DNA of 64,000 nucleotides. It comes from Sphagnum compactum (Eukaryota). Each line of letters opens with the position of its first letter. The stretch's first letter is position 1. The notes under the pieces were generated by a model, which saw only the letters and a list, made by a program, of their open reading frames with translations, did no database searches and was not told where the DNA came from. Shown piece by piece: positions 26,621 to 44,800 of the stretch. A program made the translations under genes and the position numbers. The DNA lies in assembly GCA_965153455.1 (NCBI GenBank), contig OZ234494.1, forward strand, positions 4,402,001-4,466,000, in the 5' to 3' direction.

Positions 26621-27502
26621 GGTAGTGTACTGGTCTGATATATTATGGTTTGATTATGTTGATGCAATTCAACAAACTTTGAAGAGGTCTCTCCTGTTCT
26701 TCAAGAAAACAAAACCGTGTTATAAAACATGCAACAGGAGTTACTGAAAACTGAGGATGAATGTTCTGATTGTTTAGGCCTTTGTCTTCCCAGCAGATCG
26801 GATTGAGACTGTGTTTGGACCTGTGTACATTGGATGAAGTACAGCCTTTGAATAGTGTGAGATTGAGTTTAAACCTGTGTACACTAGATGAAGTAGAGCT
26901 TTAAAGTGAGACTGAGTTTGGACATGCAAATATGCACAGGATACACTGGTGTCCAAGAGGTTTTATTAAGGAAAATGAGTACATGTGATTCACAAGCCGC
27001 AATATTAGTTCAAGTGGTGATTTGAATAGTCCCTCACTTTATACTGTCCAAATTTTCATGTTTATGGGTGGGGATGGGAAGATGATTAACACTATTGGAT
27101 GTGGTAAAACACCAGGAGATGCCAAAGTAGGGGTTATGGGTGGAGATGCTTAAATATCCAATAGTGAACAAGGAAAAGGTAGTTATTATTCCCATGTACA
27201 TGATGTATCTAGATGGAAACATCTGTTGCCTTCATAAGCTTAGGATTGTGTCTAGATGGAAACATCCATTGCCCTTCACAAGCTTAGGATTGATGAGCTT
27301 AAACTCCATGTCACAATTGTGATACAAGTTGGAGCTAGGGTTATCAAGCGCCTCTTCACTAACTAGGTGTCAAGAGTTTTAGTTTACTCACCTAGTTAAG
27401 TCTTAGAAATGGCAAATGCAAGATGGTAATACTTTTTCTACCATTACCTAGTGTTGACAAGCAACAAACATGCCATGTAACGGTCACAGTTTGCAAGAAT
27501 GC

Positions 27503-27990
27503 TTAAAGGATATGTTCAGGGTGCAGGAGGCCCCAACCACTACCCTATATATAGGCCTCTATGTCCTTTAGGCATAGATGCTTGCATATACAGGGACATG
27601 CTAAAATGAAATAAAAGCTCTTTCCTTCAGAAGCTTGTTGCAGCTTGAATGAGGATACTGTTGACTTTTTTGATTAGCAATGTCTCTTGAGTGCTAGCCA
27701 ACATCACGTCTGAGTCTTCCCATTGCTTCCGGAAAGGCAACAGAAACTCAGGACGCAGATTGTGTATAATGGTTTGCCCAAGTTTTTTGGGAAGATTATT
27801 ATATGCTTATCTACACCCACTGTTGGGAGCTGATGAACTCAGTGGGTAGTCATGGCAGCTCGTCACTGCCGTTCGTGATGAAGGTGATGGTCTGTCACTT
27901 TGTGAGCGACTCTCATGAGGTTATGACTGCACTCATTGTCGTGTTACCCTTAATTGTTGTTGTGGAGATTTCTCTGCAACTTCATCGATC
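27503..27990 (+). mobile_element. Non-LTR retroposon (SINE/LINE-3'-end-like) copy A, the longest copy
   Basis: Flanked by a 13-bp TSD, tttgcaagaatgc (27490-27502 and 27991-28003). Homologous to five other copies in the window. Confidence 0.85.
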
Positions 27991-29338
27991 TTTGCAAGAA
28001 TGCCACTTACATTCCCTCTCATTACTTTTGTCTGTGAGCAATGTGTGTGCATGAAGCAAATTGGGAGAGAGTGTTAACTTCAACTACAACTCTGGCTACA
28101 CCTTTGGATAATTCTACTTCAAGTCGTCATCTTTAATTGCTTAAAAATTTTAAGAACCTCAAGAACTTTTCATAAAGTGTAAAGAGCAAGACTAGCATTG
28201 CAAAAGAGAACAAAACTCAAAATTTGAGTTTCATTCGCAACACATTGAAACAACCCAACCTTTGAAGAAGTTGAACTACTAATGATTAGGTCAGCTCAAC
28301 GCTGAAAGAAATGTTTGTCACATTTTGATTTGAGCTTTTGGATTTGATAAACTTTTGTTCTTTTCATGATTATTTTGTGTAAGAAGTAAGAACCTTACCA
28401 TGCATCAACAATTCTAAAATGTGTCCACAAGACCACCTTAACAACTGAAATCAACAGGCAGAAGTACAAAGTTAAAAAACCAATCGATTCCCAATCCAAT
28501 TAAAATCCAATCCAGTTAAAAATCCAATTTCGCAACATCAAGTACAACACCTTGTTCATTGATAAAGTCTTGAGTACAAATAGACATCTAAAATGGACTC
28601 AACACTTTCCAATCACCTTTCAAAGATTTGCAAATTTCACCAACATCATTTAAATAAACCTAAAACTACTCTTCGTATAATGGACAAGGAAATAAAGTCA
28701 ATAATGGCATCCATTGACATTAAATTTAGCTACAAATTTTAATAACAACATCATCTCATCTAACACCTAAACCAAGTCCCACCAACAAATGATGCATTAT
28801 TGGGTTGGGCCCAATGTGCAACTGCTAACTTTCTAAAGCCTCACAATGACCCATTCATCTTGTTAGAATCAGAAGGTGGATTGAACAACCAGATGTGGAG
28901 TTATGCACTGTGGAGGATCAGCCACTGAAGCTGATGAGATCAAGGAGAAAGACTACTGCACAAAGAAACAGGTGACATTGTGTGCCTGATGAGCACACTA
29001 GAAAGCAACAGGTGAACTCATCTTATAGTGTGTGAACTCAAAATCTTTATGTCATAAAACCATGGAACTTCAAGTGCTAAATTGAACATACTGTAACAAA
29101 AGAGGCTGTGGCTATGGGAGAAAAATAGTAAGTGATCTGTGGCAGCCAATCACCTGGCAAATGAGATCACCCAAGTCTCAATGTATACTACATCCTCAAA
29201 TCATTTGGAAAACAGCAATTACTCACACATTCTAAGAAAGTTTGAACACCAGTGCATTTTGGTGTACCAGCTGAAAAGGTGACTTACGAAAGGTGCCCCC
29301 CAAATCCTCCAAGTGATGGCCCAGCTGAATGCCTGAAT

Positions 29339-34418
<5,080 letters not shown>

Positions 34419-35419
34419 CTTAGTAGCCCCCAGTGGGTTGGGTTTTTTGGTTATTGGGTTGTCTTCCACCCCCCCCTCCCTCCGACTGCAGAAACCAAAA
34501 AAAATCGCGCGTCTTCTCAAACACCCAATAGCTGCTGCAACAAACAAATGCCTTGCAAACGACTAGTTAACAATTCTTCCTAACTCCAGTTCCACCATTC
34601 GTACCGCTAAAACAATTCTCCAAGATTCCGCTTCTTCTTAGAATGTGACTAGATTCAGTCAATATGCCCACTCATATTTGCTAGTTAATAATATGAATAA
34701 AAACTAATGGGAACAACTCAAGGTCTTCAATTAAGGACTTCTATTATTTATTTGGTTCATTGTTTAATGTTCAATTTTATTATTATTAAGAACTAATCAT
34801 GAACAGCACAAGGTTTCCAATAAGGACTTCTATTATTTAGTTGGTTCATTGTTGATTATAGTTGTGTACTTTCCATTTTATGCTTGGATTTTAAATGATG
34901 ATAACCATGTTATTGCCAAGGATTATAACATAAGTCCTTCAAGCTTGGAATATGAATGAATTAAGTTGGAAAAAAACTCTAATTCTTTCAAAAAAGAGCT
35001 TGTTGCCAATTTTTGGATAAGGGCTTTTGCTTGTTGAACATGATGATGTGGCACTTTAACCAAAATTTGATTGATTGTGTGATTGTGTCCTAACATGGTT
35101 TGTCTGTTGTGAAGTTAGTCATCTATCATTAGTTAGATTACTGACTATGATGACATGGTAATCCATTGTGACATAGAGTATGATTAGTGGAGTTGACATG
35201 GCAATGGCATTGTGATTAATTATGTGATTAAATGTGTTGACATGGCATGACAACATGGCTTTTTGATTGGGTGTGATGATGTGGCATGTTCATTATGATT
35301 AAGGTTATGATTGAATGTGACGATGTGGTATGTCCATCATGATTAATCATTTGATTTAATGTGGTGAGCTATAGCCTAACATTTTGGTTGTGGGCTTGAG
35401 TTACTAGCCCTAATCCAAC

Positions 35420-35990
35420 ACAATGCAATGGTGGTAATCAACTTGGAGGATCCTAATGTGTGGATTTAGACATGTATAGAACAAGCTACTTTATTTCGAT
35501 GTGTTATTCCTATGGTTATGGAGAATTTGGTAATTACTTAACATTGGATACATTACATTATGCCATTATTCGTCAAGGTAGTTCTTAATTTTGAATTTGT
35601 AAATTCAAACTAAAGGATTATGTGTACCTGTAATAAACAACATCAACTATTTTGGATGTGATTATAGGACGTGTTATTTTTCGTGTGTGGAAGATTTTAC
35701 TTTCTAGAGTGTTATTGTTGGAGGGTTGAGATGGTTAGACATGGAAGGACCATGTGCGTAATTGTGCATCATAGTATTTTCCCAATGTGAATGGCCAAAT
35801 TGACCCATCTTTAATGATGATTCTTGTTGGCCTACATTGTATGTTATGCAAACAATCTTTAGGAGTTGTCGTTATGTTCATTTGCAATCAATGTTTCCAA
35901 GGCTAGCATATGGGATGTCTTATGCCACCCTTGGAAACCACCCTTGGAAAGTTAATTGGCAAATGATTTTGCCCTTGGTGCACCGAGTAG
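35420..35990 (+). mobile_element. Decayed LTR-retrotransposon (Ty3/gypsy-like) pol 3' remnant with a PHD finger
   Basis: Broken frames give LLLEG..WKDHVRNCA, then CMLCKQ..MFICNQCFQG*HMGCLMPPLE..FCPWC, a C4HC3 PHD pattern. Stops are present. Confidence 0.6.
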
Positions 35991-37880
35991 ATTTAGTTTT
36001 TAAGGTTGGATAGAGAACTAACCTCAATGCTTTTTTTCATGGTGATTCATATTTGGTTGGGAATTTGAGGGATTGTAGTTAGGCTACTAATAATGGGTTC
36101 ATATTTGCACTTAGCTTATTAATCTATTCACTTCAAAATCAAGTGTTCATCCATGATGGATTTCCATAAAGTAGTTCAACATTGTTATTTGGCTTAAGAG
36201 AACTTTAGCCCCAAATAAGGGGGACAATTTAGACATGGTGTACCAGTTAGAGTATTTTCATGTTATGTTTTGTATGTAGGATGATAATGATAGTTGTAAA
36301 TGTTAACATAGGATCACATAACAACTATCATCTATGTTAACTACTTCGTTAAATGCCAATTTGTTAAAGATAAATCAAGTTAATTTAACTGTTTGAATTT
36401 TTATTTTGAATTGGCTTTAAGTGTGAATAAGGTTTAAGATATTTTGTGAGATGCGATATAATCCGAGTTTTTATGATTTCAAATCAATTTTGGTGATTTA
36501 ACATGCCAACACACTTCATTGTTGTATGCAAGTTTCTATTTGTTTTGTGCACGATTAGTTACTACATTTTTTACATGTAAATTTGTCAAACTTGGATTCC
36601 TATTTTCATTGCAAGTGAATGACTATTTTGGTTTGAACATGATGTACCATTCAAAGTATTTTCATGTTATGTTTTTGTATGTGAGATGATTATGGCAGTT
36701 GTAAATGCCAATGTAGGAATGCACAACAAGATATTGAAAATATCCTCAAATACGATGGAAAAACTCTTTAAAAAGACATAGATTCAAAATGATGTCCTCT
36801 CATGCTTATTTAGTTAAGAATGCACTAAATAGATTCCAGTTTAGAATCATTGAAGTGACGAGTACAACTTATGGAACCTCAAGTTGTTACACCTGAACTA
36901 GCTTCAGTCAGTCATCATCATTCAGCATCACTGGAATTCAGCTAAAACACCATTACATGTTCTTAGTAAACTATTGTATGTAAACAAGGTATCAAAGGTG
37001 TAAAAAATTCTGATATTTTACATCATTGGTAGGGGAATAGGCAAGCATATAGCTTTCCTTCACCATCACCCATGTTTTTTAAAACATATATATGTTACAT
37101 CACTCTGTGCCCCAACAAAACATTTTTGGATTTTCAAACTTCATTACTCAAGGCAACAGCTCTGATCTTCACACCTTTTGCTAGGCAATAGTGGCAATGC
37201 ACATTAAGTTGGAGATGATCAACCATGTGTATTTACCACAATAGTTTCTTCCCAATCTACTTTACCTACCCTGAACTCAAGCAGTGGGTTACATTGATCA
37301 GGCAACAATTCAGTATTGGAAGTAATGCATCTGTCCAGTAAAACTTGGCCACCTCCATGTTATTGGACACAAACTAAGGGAAAGCATCCTAATATTAATA
37401 AAATGAAACTTATATGATACTCCCACATCTTGTTTCCAACAACTCAAACAAAAAAATGAAGAGTCAGAAGCAAACAAGCCCTTTTAGTACCTTAAGTGTA
37501 CATTATCAACTCATCCCTTTGGTGGTTGAATCTAGGTAGCAACCTGAATGGCTGAAAGCAAGAAACTTCATCTGCTAAATAGACAATGTAGCATAGTGAT
37601 TCATACTTCAATTCCTAGCTCATCAACAACCAAAGGAAAGGCTGACAATCAGGATAAACTGCAGACATCCAATCTTGGAAGTCATCAAAAGACTAAAAGC
37701 ACCAGGATTTCTGATATAGTGGACTCATTTGACATGTCACTTCACTTCTCTTTTGTTTCCCGCAGTGGAACAACTGTCTCATAGCACATTTGGACCTGTG
37801 AAACCATCTTTTACAAAAAGGATATATCCTAGCACTGTTGTCATAGAACAGCCTAATGTGCGCATTCAACAGACATTATA

Positions 37881-40800
37881 CTATCGGAACAAGGGTGGCA
37901 ACACTGCATGTGAGTCAATGTCCAGCTGCTCCAAAGTTCTGCAGGCATGCAGTTTAAACTCATCAGTTGATACTTATTGTGGATGAGCCAATTCCAATTG
38001 TCAAAGCATATACCATGCACTTGTCAATAATTCCTCATGAAGAGAAGGAAAAGATAAATTAATATACGCTTGGCATTGTCTATTTTCAAGGGGTGGTGTC
38101 TGTGTGTAGTGTTCCATTACAGAATGCCCAAATAATGTGCTGAAATGGGATACCTTTGAAGGATAACAAAGTGTACCTGCAGACATTGTGACCTTGTTCT
38201 AATGAGCTGGCCACAAACCACAAGCGCCGTAGTGCTGATGTTTCCATCTGTATGAAAAAACCATTGCTGTTGCTTGCCTTCCACTTCCTTGATCCTTGAC
38301 CTTTCCACACCTACCCACACAATGTCTCTTGTTGAAGCATGTGTTGTGGGGCCTATCCAGTAGCAATATTCCAACTTAAACAGTCAGCTCACCACAGACA
38401 TTAGCTTTAGCATACCTGAGGAAATGCGATGGCTTTTTTGGGAACAACAAGGACAGCAGCCATTGATGAAGATTCAACTGCATATCGTCGCAGAAAGTCT
38501 GCACAACTGTTCACTGTATCTGGAGACTCAAAGGCCTGCAAAAAAACTTCAGTGTGAGAAATCTGGGAGGGCCCCTGAAGCACAAAGGAGCAATTGTTGA
38601 TGCAATGGGACACATGAGCTATTAAAGAAATACTGGAAAAGGAAATTCAGTTTGATCGGGACATTGCAATGATTGCAGCACAGAAACCAGTCCAACAGCA
38701 ATTATATAGGATTGAGAGAACCCAAAACAAAACCTAAGGGTAGACTACCTTGTCAACACCAACAAGTGGAAGAAACTCTTTTGAAGTATCCTTTCCCACA
38801 CAAAAGCGTACCCCAGCATCCACCTTTCCATTACTGTCATTCCATTCCTTCATGGAGGACTCAATTACTTCCTTCACAAAACTCCGGACTTCCTCACTGG
38901 TTCCTGGAGGAATAGCTCCCTGCAGCACCTGTATCACAAGGATCAAGATGACAACCTCATATTTCCAGTTGTTCAACAAAACCCAGATACCTTTTGATTC
39001 ATCAAAAAAGTAACATAACCTCTAATGTAACATCCGAGCTCTCTATGTACATCAGTGTACCCCATAGAGTGGGTCAAGATGCTCTCCAAGATAAAGCAAG
39101 TAGAGAGTCACAAACTACAAGCTCCCTGATTGGTAGTGATTCAACCATCAATCTGCAGGTAAATAGATAAGTACCACATCCAACTGCTGGTCTTTGTGTG
39201 TTGTTGCAGATTGGGATCCATTTACTTTCTCTGAATGCTTGTCAGATACTGCTGCTGATTTTGATCGCTTTTTCTCTCTCACCAGTTGTGTCAACCTCTT
39301 TATTTTTCCAGCAACTTCAGCACTCTGAGGGTTCTGCTTCAAGGCTTCATGATATGTTGCCAGTGCCTACACCCAAGTTCACATGTTTTACCACTGATTG
39401 CTAGCAGATAAACTTTGGTGCGTTGAAAACACCCACCCTGCTTGAAGTGTTTAAACATAAGAGATGGATTTACAAACTATGACAACTGCAATAAAAAGTT
39501 CAGGAAGTATTGATTGTCACCATCAACTTTGCTACTGGTAGATTACCTCTTCAAAACGTTCCATCGCTTCCAACACACATCCTTTCCTGAAATAGCCCTA
39601 ACACAGAACACCATTCACTCTGCTTCTATTAGTCCAGTGTACAATCCTCCTACCAAAGCATGAGACCTTATCCTCAGATAACAATCCGAAAAGCTTGAGC
39701 AGGGGTGGGGGGTTGCAAAATTAACAAGCAGGCAGGAAATAGGACTCCATGAGTGGAAAATAGACAGCACCTTCTCCCATGTAGGTCTGAGTTTGATCGT
39801 CATTTCAGCGTCTGCGAGTGATTTTGTCAACTTAACTAAGTTTAAGAAAGCAGCGGATCGGTTGCTGCAGAGACACACAACATCACACACATAGATCTGT
39901 GTTAGCTCCATTACTAGATTGAGAGTCCAAATGTGTTTTTCTGCATAACCTAATTGTACTCCAGGTAGAACTGCTTTACTTGCTTGCTTTATTTGTGCCA
40001 CTCTAAAGAGATTACATGTAAACTTCAAATTATGTGAGGGACAAAAGGATGGTAAGAACCGATGGACTGATTCAGATGCAGCTCCAAAAGCTACACTAAC
40101 TAAATTCATCTGAGAACCACAGGTCCAAGAGACAAAAGTAATAGCAAGTGACAGACAGACTTCATGTATCCACATGATGAGAATGGCTATTCTATTTTAG
40201 ACTTTCCAGACAATATTTTCTTGTCAACTATAATTTGTCAAGCTTCAACCATTAAAGGCATGCAAACAACCAACTTTGGTGCAGAAGGAAAAGAAGCAGA
40301 CCAAAAATGTACACTGTCAAGAGTAAGTTACTGTCTGTTCAGCTTAAGGGCTAATTCCTCTATGCAGGCGGTGATGGCTATTTAGTAGCCCTTACAGAGA
40401 CTGCCAGTCTGATTGTCTCTAGGGCTGATGCTTTCATGGGAGAGGTGACTAATTTCTAAGCCGTCACCAGGATAACTTGGTTGCCCTAGTCTTTCTACCT
40501 GCCAGCCCCCAGAAAACCAAAATTGTGAAGAAGGCCCTGAGTCTCTGCACTTTTGGTGACTGATTGACGTACTTGCTTCCATTGCAGCTGGATCGGCTAC
40601 AAGAGGCAACGTCTCGCATGGCATTTGCGGGATTTGAATCAATTAACACTCAACAGAAATCGATAAACTCTCTCACCCGAATATTTGGTCGATCCCTAAG
40701 ATTGTAAAAGATGCCGACCTGAGAGTAAACAACACTTGATCATCCGAGCCAACACGAACTCACAGCCTGTTTGTTCACTTGCGGGAATAATCGTAACCTA

Positions 40801-41115
40801 GCTTCTTACCACTCCAAGCAAAGCAAAGGAAAGAAAAAAAAGAAAAGAAGATTTCCAATCCGGATCCTGAGCAACAGCATGTGGTGACGGAAGAAGACCT
40901 AATTGTACACCATACAACAAACCAAGAAGAACGAGGAAAAAAGGGTTTTTCGACCAGACCACAAAGAAAATGCACCTGTAGAGTGCAGCATTTTCAGGAT
41001 CCGCTTTGATGGCTTGCGTGTAGACTGCTGCAGCTTTGAGGTAGTTTTTCTCCTTGAAGAGCGCATTCCCTTGCTCTCGCAGCGAAGGCACCGCTGCTGC
41101 TGCTTCGGCCTCCAT
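37881..41115 (-). CDS. Tetratricopeptide-repeat protein (N-terminal STI1/HOP-like TPRs, plant-type C-terminal domain), multi-exon
   Basis: LREQGNALFKEKNYLKAAAVYTQAIKADP..YSNRSAAFL..WEKGYFRKG, then AFESPDT..C..FLR and WKGQGSRKWK..GFFIQ. Ends LPPLFR*, stop at 37881-37883. Confidence 0.9.
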
Positions 41116-41832
41116 CACTGCTCCCACGCGAACAACGAGACACAAAACAAACTCACAAATGCGGCAATGGCAAAACGCGCTCCACAACTGACCTCGTACA
41201 ATATTCACATTATAATCTCCACACTCACTCCTTCGTGGATGACACTTTTCATACTACAATGTACTCAACATTCATCTCTTAAGTGGGCTTTCATTACTAT
41301 GACTGAGAGTCTTCATTGTTTGTGATTATTACCAAATCTGAAATGTGACCCTCTTTTAAGTATTTTCATTGGTCGTTCCTGTAATGTAAAGACCCCCTGT
41401 GAACATTTTTCTAGTGTAATTGGAGAGCACCATAATGGGTAGGGTGTTCTTAGGGAAGGGCTATTAGTCCAGGCCAAAAATAGTGGCAGCCAATTTTAAG
41501 AATTAGAAAATTTACATGGCAACCAATGACCACCATGGTTAGCTAGGGAACTGGAACCCAACAGAAAACTGTTTTCTGATCACATATCATCCATCCTTGA
41601 TGGTGCACAGGTGGGTGCTGGTTCACTGTGGCCACTTTTTCTTTTGCATTTAGCGAGATGTTTCAAAATATGGAACGCTTGTTCTGTTTTTTTTAAAATG
41701 TCTCACAATTTTGTTTTTTTCTTTTTTCCACCAACACCCATCAAGGATTCTATATTAATTATTTTAACTAATAAATAAATAAAGTATAATAAATGAAGTA
41801 GAAATGGAATGGAGTATTATGAGGAAAAGATG

Positions 41833-42136
41833 ATCATCACAAACTTAACATTCAACAATTTAGTAATGAAAATCCTGCGAAGTTCACTCATTCACAAGTT
41901 TTTATGTTTCATGCACAAGTATTATGCACTAAAAACACATTTGACACATGAATGTATAAGATGATACAAAATTCGTTCATTCATAAGTTCATAGTTCATT
42001 TATCATCGCATGTATTCATGTGTTTTAATAGGTTTTCAATGCACAATGATTCATGTGCAAAATGCATGAATCTGTCAATGAATAAACTTCACACAATTTA
42101 CATTACAAAATTGTTGAATGTTAAATTTGTGATGAT
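41833..42136. mobile_element. MITE-like imperfect palindrome of about 300 nt
   Basis: The termini atcatcacaaacttaacattcaacaatttagtaatg and cattacaaaattgttgaatgttaaatttgtgatgat are reverse complements (2 mismatches in 36). Degenerate pairing continues inward. Confidence 0.7.
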
Positions 42137-43309
42137 ACTTGAACTATGAATTTACAAATGATGAAAATCATACTAATAAAATGTATATCAATGTTCTCTT
42201 CAAATGCATGAGCTTTTTCGTTTTTTCATCCCATAGTCTCATATGTCTAAAACTATAATGGAAATTATTCTAAGCGTATCTTACCCTTTCTAGTTTTATA
42301 CTTACTAAAACAAAAAACAATGAATATAGGATATTGAACTTGGATGTAGAAATATAAATAAAAATGTATATGACGATTGAAATATGTGCATATTAAAAAA
42401 TCATTAAATAATAGAGTGAGGAAAAAAACATTCCTTACTTAATACTCCCCAAAAATGCTTCTTTGACATAAATAATTTGAAAATTTAACATTAAATGTCC
42501 TTCCTAGGGCTTCAAAATGGTCCTATTGTTCTCACTTCCTTTCATTTAAAAGACATTAAACATTATTTCAATAAAAATTATAAGAATTTCTTTTGATTCA
42601 ATTGAAATTACTGATAGCATTAAAATTCACCAATTTTTTTTACTTTAACAAATTTATTATAAATAATAAAGCAAGGAACTTTTCAAATTTTAAACATATA
42701 TTACAATTCATATTCAAAACCATTTCAATTTTTTTTATTGTTTGATATGTTGTAATAGAAAAATTGTTATGTTAAATTAAGTGAAATTGAATGTTTTTAA
42801 TTCATTAAACAAATGTATTCTATTAAAATCTTACAATCAATGCTTTAGAGTATCTACACACAATTATAAAGACACTTTCAACAACAAACTATTAGCATGG
42901 GAATAAAAAATGATTTTTGTACCCATCGCAACACTTGCATCACCAAGAGAACACAAGCCCTAAGATTTTAAGAACCTTACTTCAACATAGATGTGTAACA
43001 TGTTGTGATCAAGAATAATCATGGCACGTTGTTTATTGAAACTTGTGATGTGTTGTTTTGTGCTTTTGCAAAGTTTTCTCCACCTCAAAATCCTTTGATG
43101 CAATAGTACAAAAGTGAGGTGTAGTTCACTAGATTAAATCATTATGCGACCTTAAAAATGATATAAATTTATTGCATTTTAATGATTTCACCTTGGTTAA
43201 AGTTATTTCACTATAATATCATTATGTAAACATCATGTTTGACTACTAGTTGACATAATTCATTATTATAATTTATTGTTGTAAATATGTTTATATTTAA
43301 ATTGTTGTT

Positions 43310-44290
43310 TTAAATATCCTATGTTATTTTATGATATACCTTATATTATTTTAGGTTACTTTACTTATTTTAACTTATACCTTAAATTATTATAAGTTAT
43401 TATAGGTTATTAGACCTTAAATTGTTATATGTTATTCTACCTTAATGTATCTTACCTAACTTACTATAGGTTTTTTACTTTAAATTATTTTAAATTAAAT
43501 TATTCAACTAACCTTAGGCTATACCTTAGGTTATTTTATTTTAAGTTAATATAAGTTATTTCAAGTTATACTTTAGCTAATTCAAGGTAATTTTATTTTA
43601 TGTTATTACAAGTTATTTTATCCTAAGTATAATAATATAAAATAATATAAAATATAACATCATGACTTAAGGTAAAATAACCTAAAATAACCATTAATAG
43701 GCACCAATATAATAACCAACAATAGCCAATAATAAGATAACAAAAATAGCCATTAATAGAATAATCACTAATAGCCTATGGAATTTAGCCATTAATAAAA
43801 TAACTACTAATAGCCACCAATAACCATTAATAAAATAACCACTAATAATTACTAATAAAATAATCATTATTGCCACCAATAGAATAACTACTAATAATTA
43901 TTATTAGAACAACCATTAATTTCCATCAATAAAATAACCAACAATAACTACTAATAAAATATATGGGCATTAATATAATAGGCACCAATAACCACTAATA
44001 GAATAACCACAAATAACTTATGATAATATAACTTATAATAACCAGTAATAGTGTACAGTGAAATAATTTTCAATATCTAAAAATAACTTAAAGTGAAATA
44101 ACATACAATAACCAAAAATATCCAAAAGTAACATAAAATAGTTTAAACTGACTTAGAAAAACCAAAAGTAACCTAAGGTGAAATAACTAAAAATAACAAA
44201 AAAGCCATAAATAGCTGTAAATAATGTAGGGTGAAATAATTTAGAAAAATGAACAATAGCCCTATAATAGTTGAAAGTAGCCTAACATAG
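43310..44290. repeat. AT-rich degenerate satellite with inverted (foldback-like) arms
   Basis: The left part has ttattttaggtta-type units, the centre has aataaccactaat-type units, and the right part has the reverse-complement aaataacctaa-type units. Confidence 0.6.
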
Positions 44291-44590
44291 GTAGTATTAT
44301 TATAGTAACAAAAATCTTATTCATTTATTAAACATTTTCTTATTCAAAAGAATGGTAATTGAAATGTTATTAATGATATTCAAAAAAAAAATTATTCAAA
44401 TGATTTTACACTTTCAAAAGGAAATAAATGTAATTATGTACATTATTGAAAAAAAATTTAAACCAAAATTTAAACATTTCATTTTAACAAAATTTTAATA
44501 AATATGAATTTTCAAAGTTTATGTTTTTGTAATGTTTAAAATGAAATATTTGATAAATAAAATGCAATATAACACATTATCACAACAAAT

Positions 44591-44800
44591 GTGTTGGTTT
44601 GATGGTAAGGTTGTTTGCCTACATCTTAAAAATAAAGGGATCAATCTTCACAAATGGTGTGTTTGTGGTCAATAGTGGTAAGTTGATTGAATATTCTCCT
44701 ATGTAATTCCCTAAATTAGGTGCCTTCTTAAGTTGATGACATGACCTATATACCTAAGTTAGGTTTTAAACCTAGCATAGGTTGTGACACATGTCAATAA
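44591..44800 (+). mobile_element. Possible decayed tRNA-derived SINE head
   Basis: A-box-like tggtttgatgg at about 44595 and B-box-like gggatcaatc at about 44637, with tRNA-like spacing. No cloverleaf. Confidence 0.3.

Noticed and set aside
27829-27870. Hammerhead ribozyme in the retroposon core (CTGATGA)
   Set aside because: No GAAA follows a stem II, so the catalytic core is incomplete.
27803-28054. Duplicated ORF MLIYTHCWELMNSVGSHG.. (also 63470-63823, similar at 30587-30886) as a small protein family
   Set aside because: It is a translation of the retroposon. Other copies have indels and truncations that break it, and the C-termini come from unrelated flanks.
28930-29010. Two CTGATGAG..GAAA pairs resembling hammerheads
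   Set aside because: No closing stem II (G..C-GAAA) and no convincing stems I or III.
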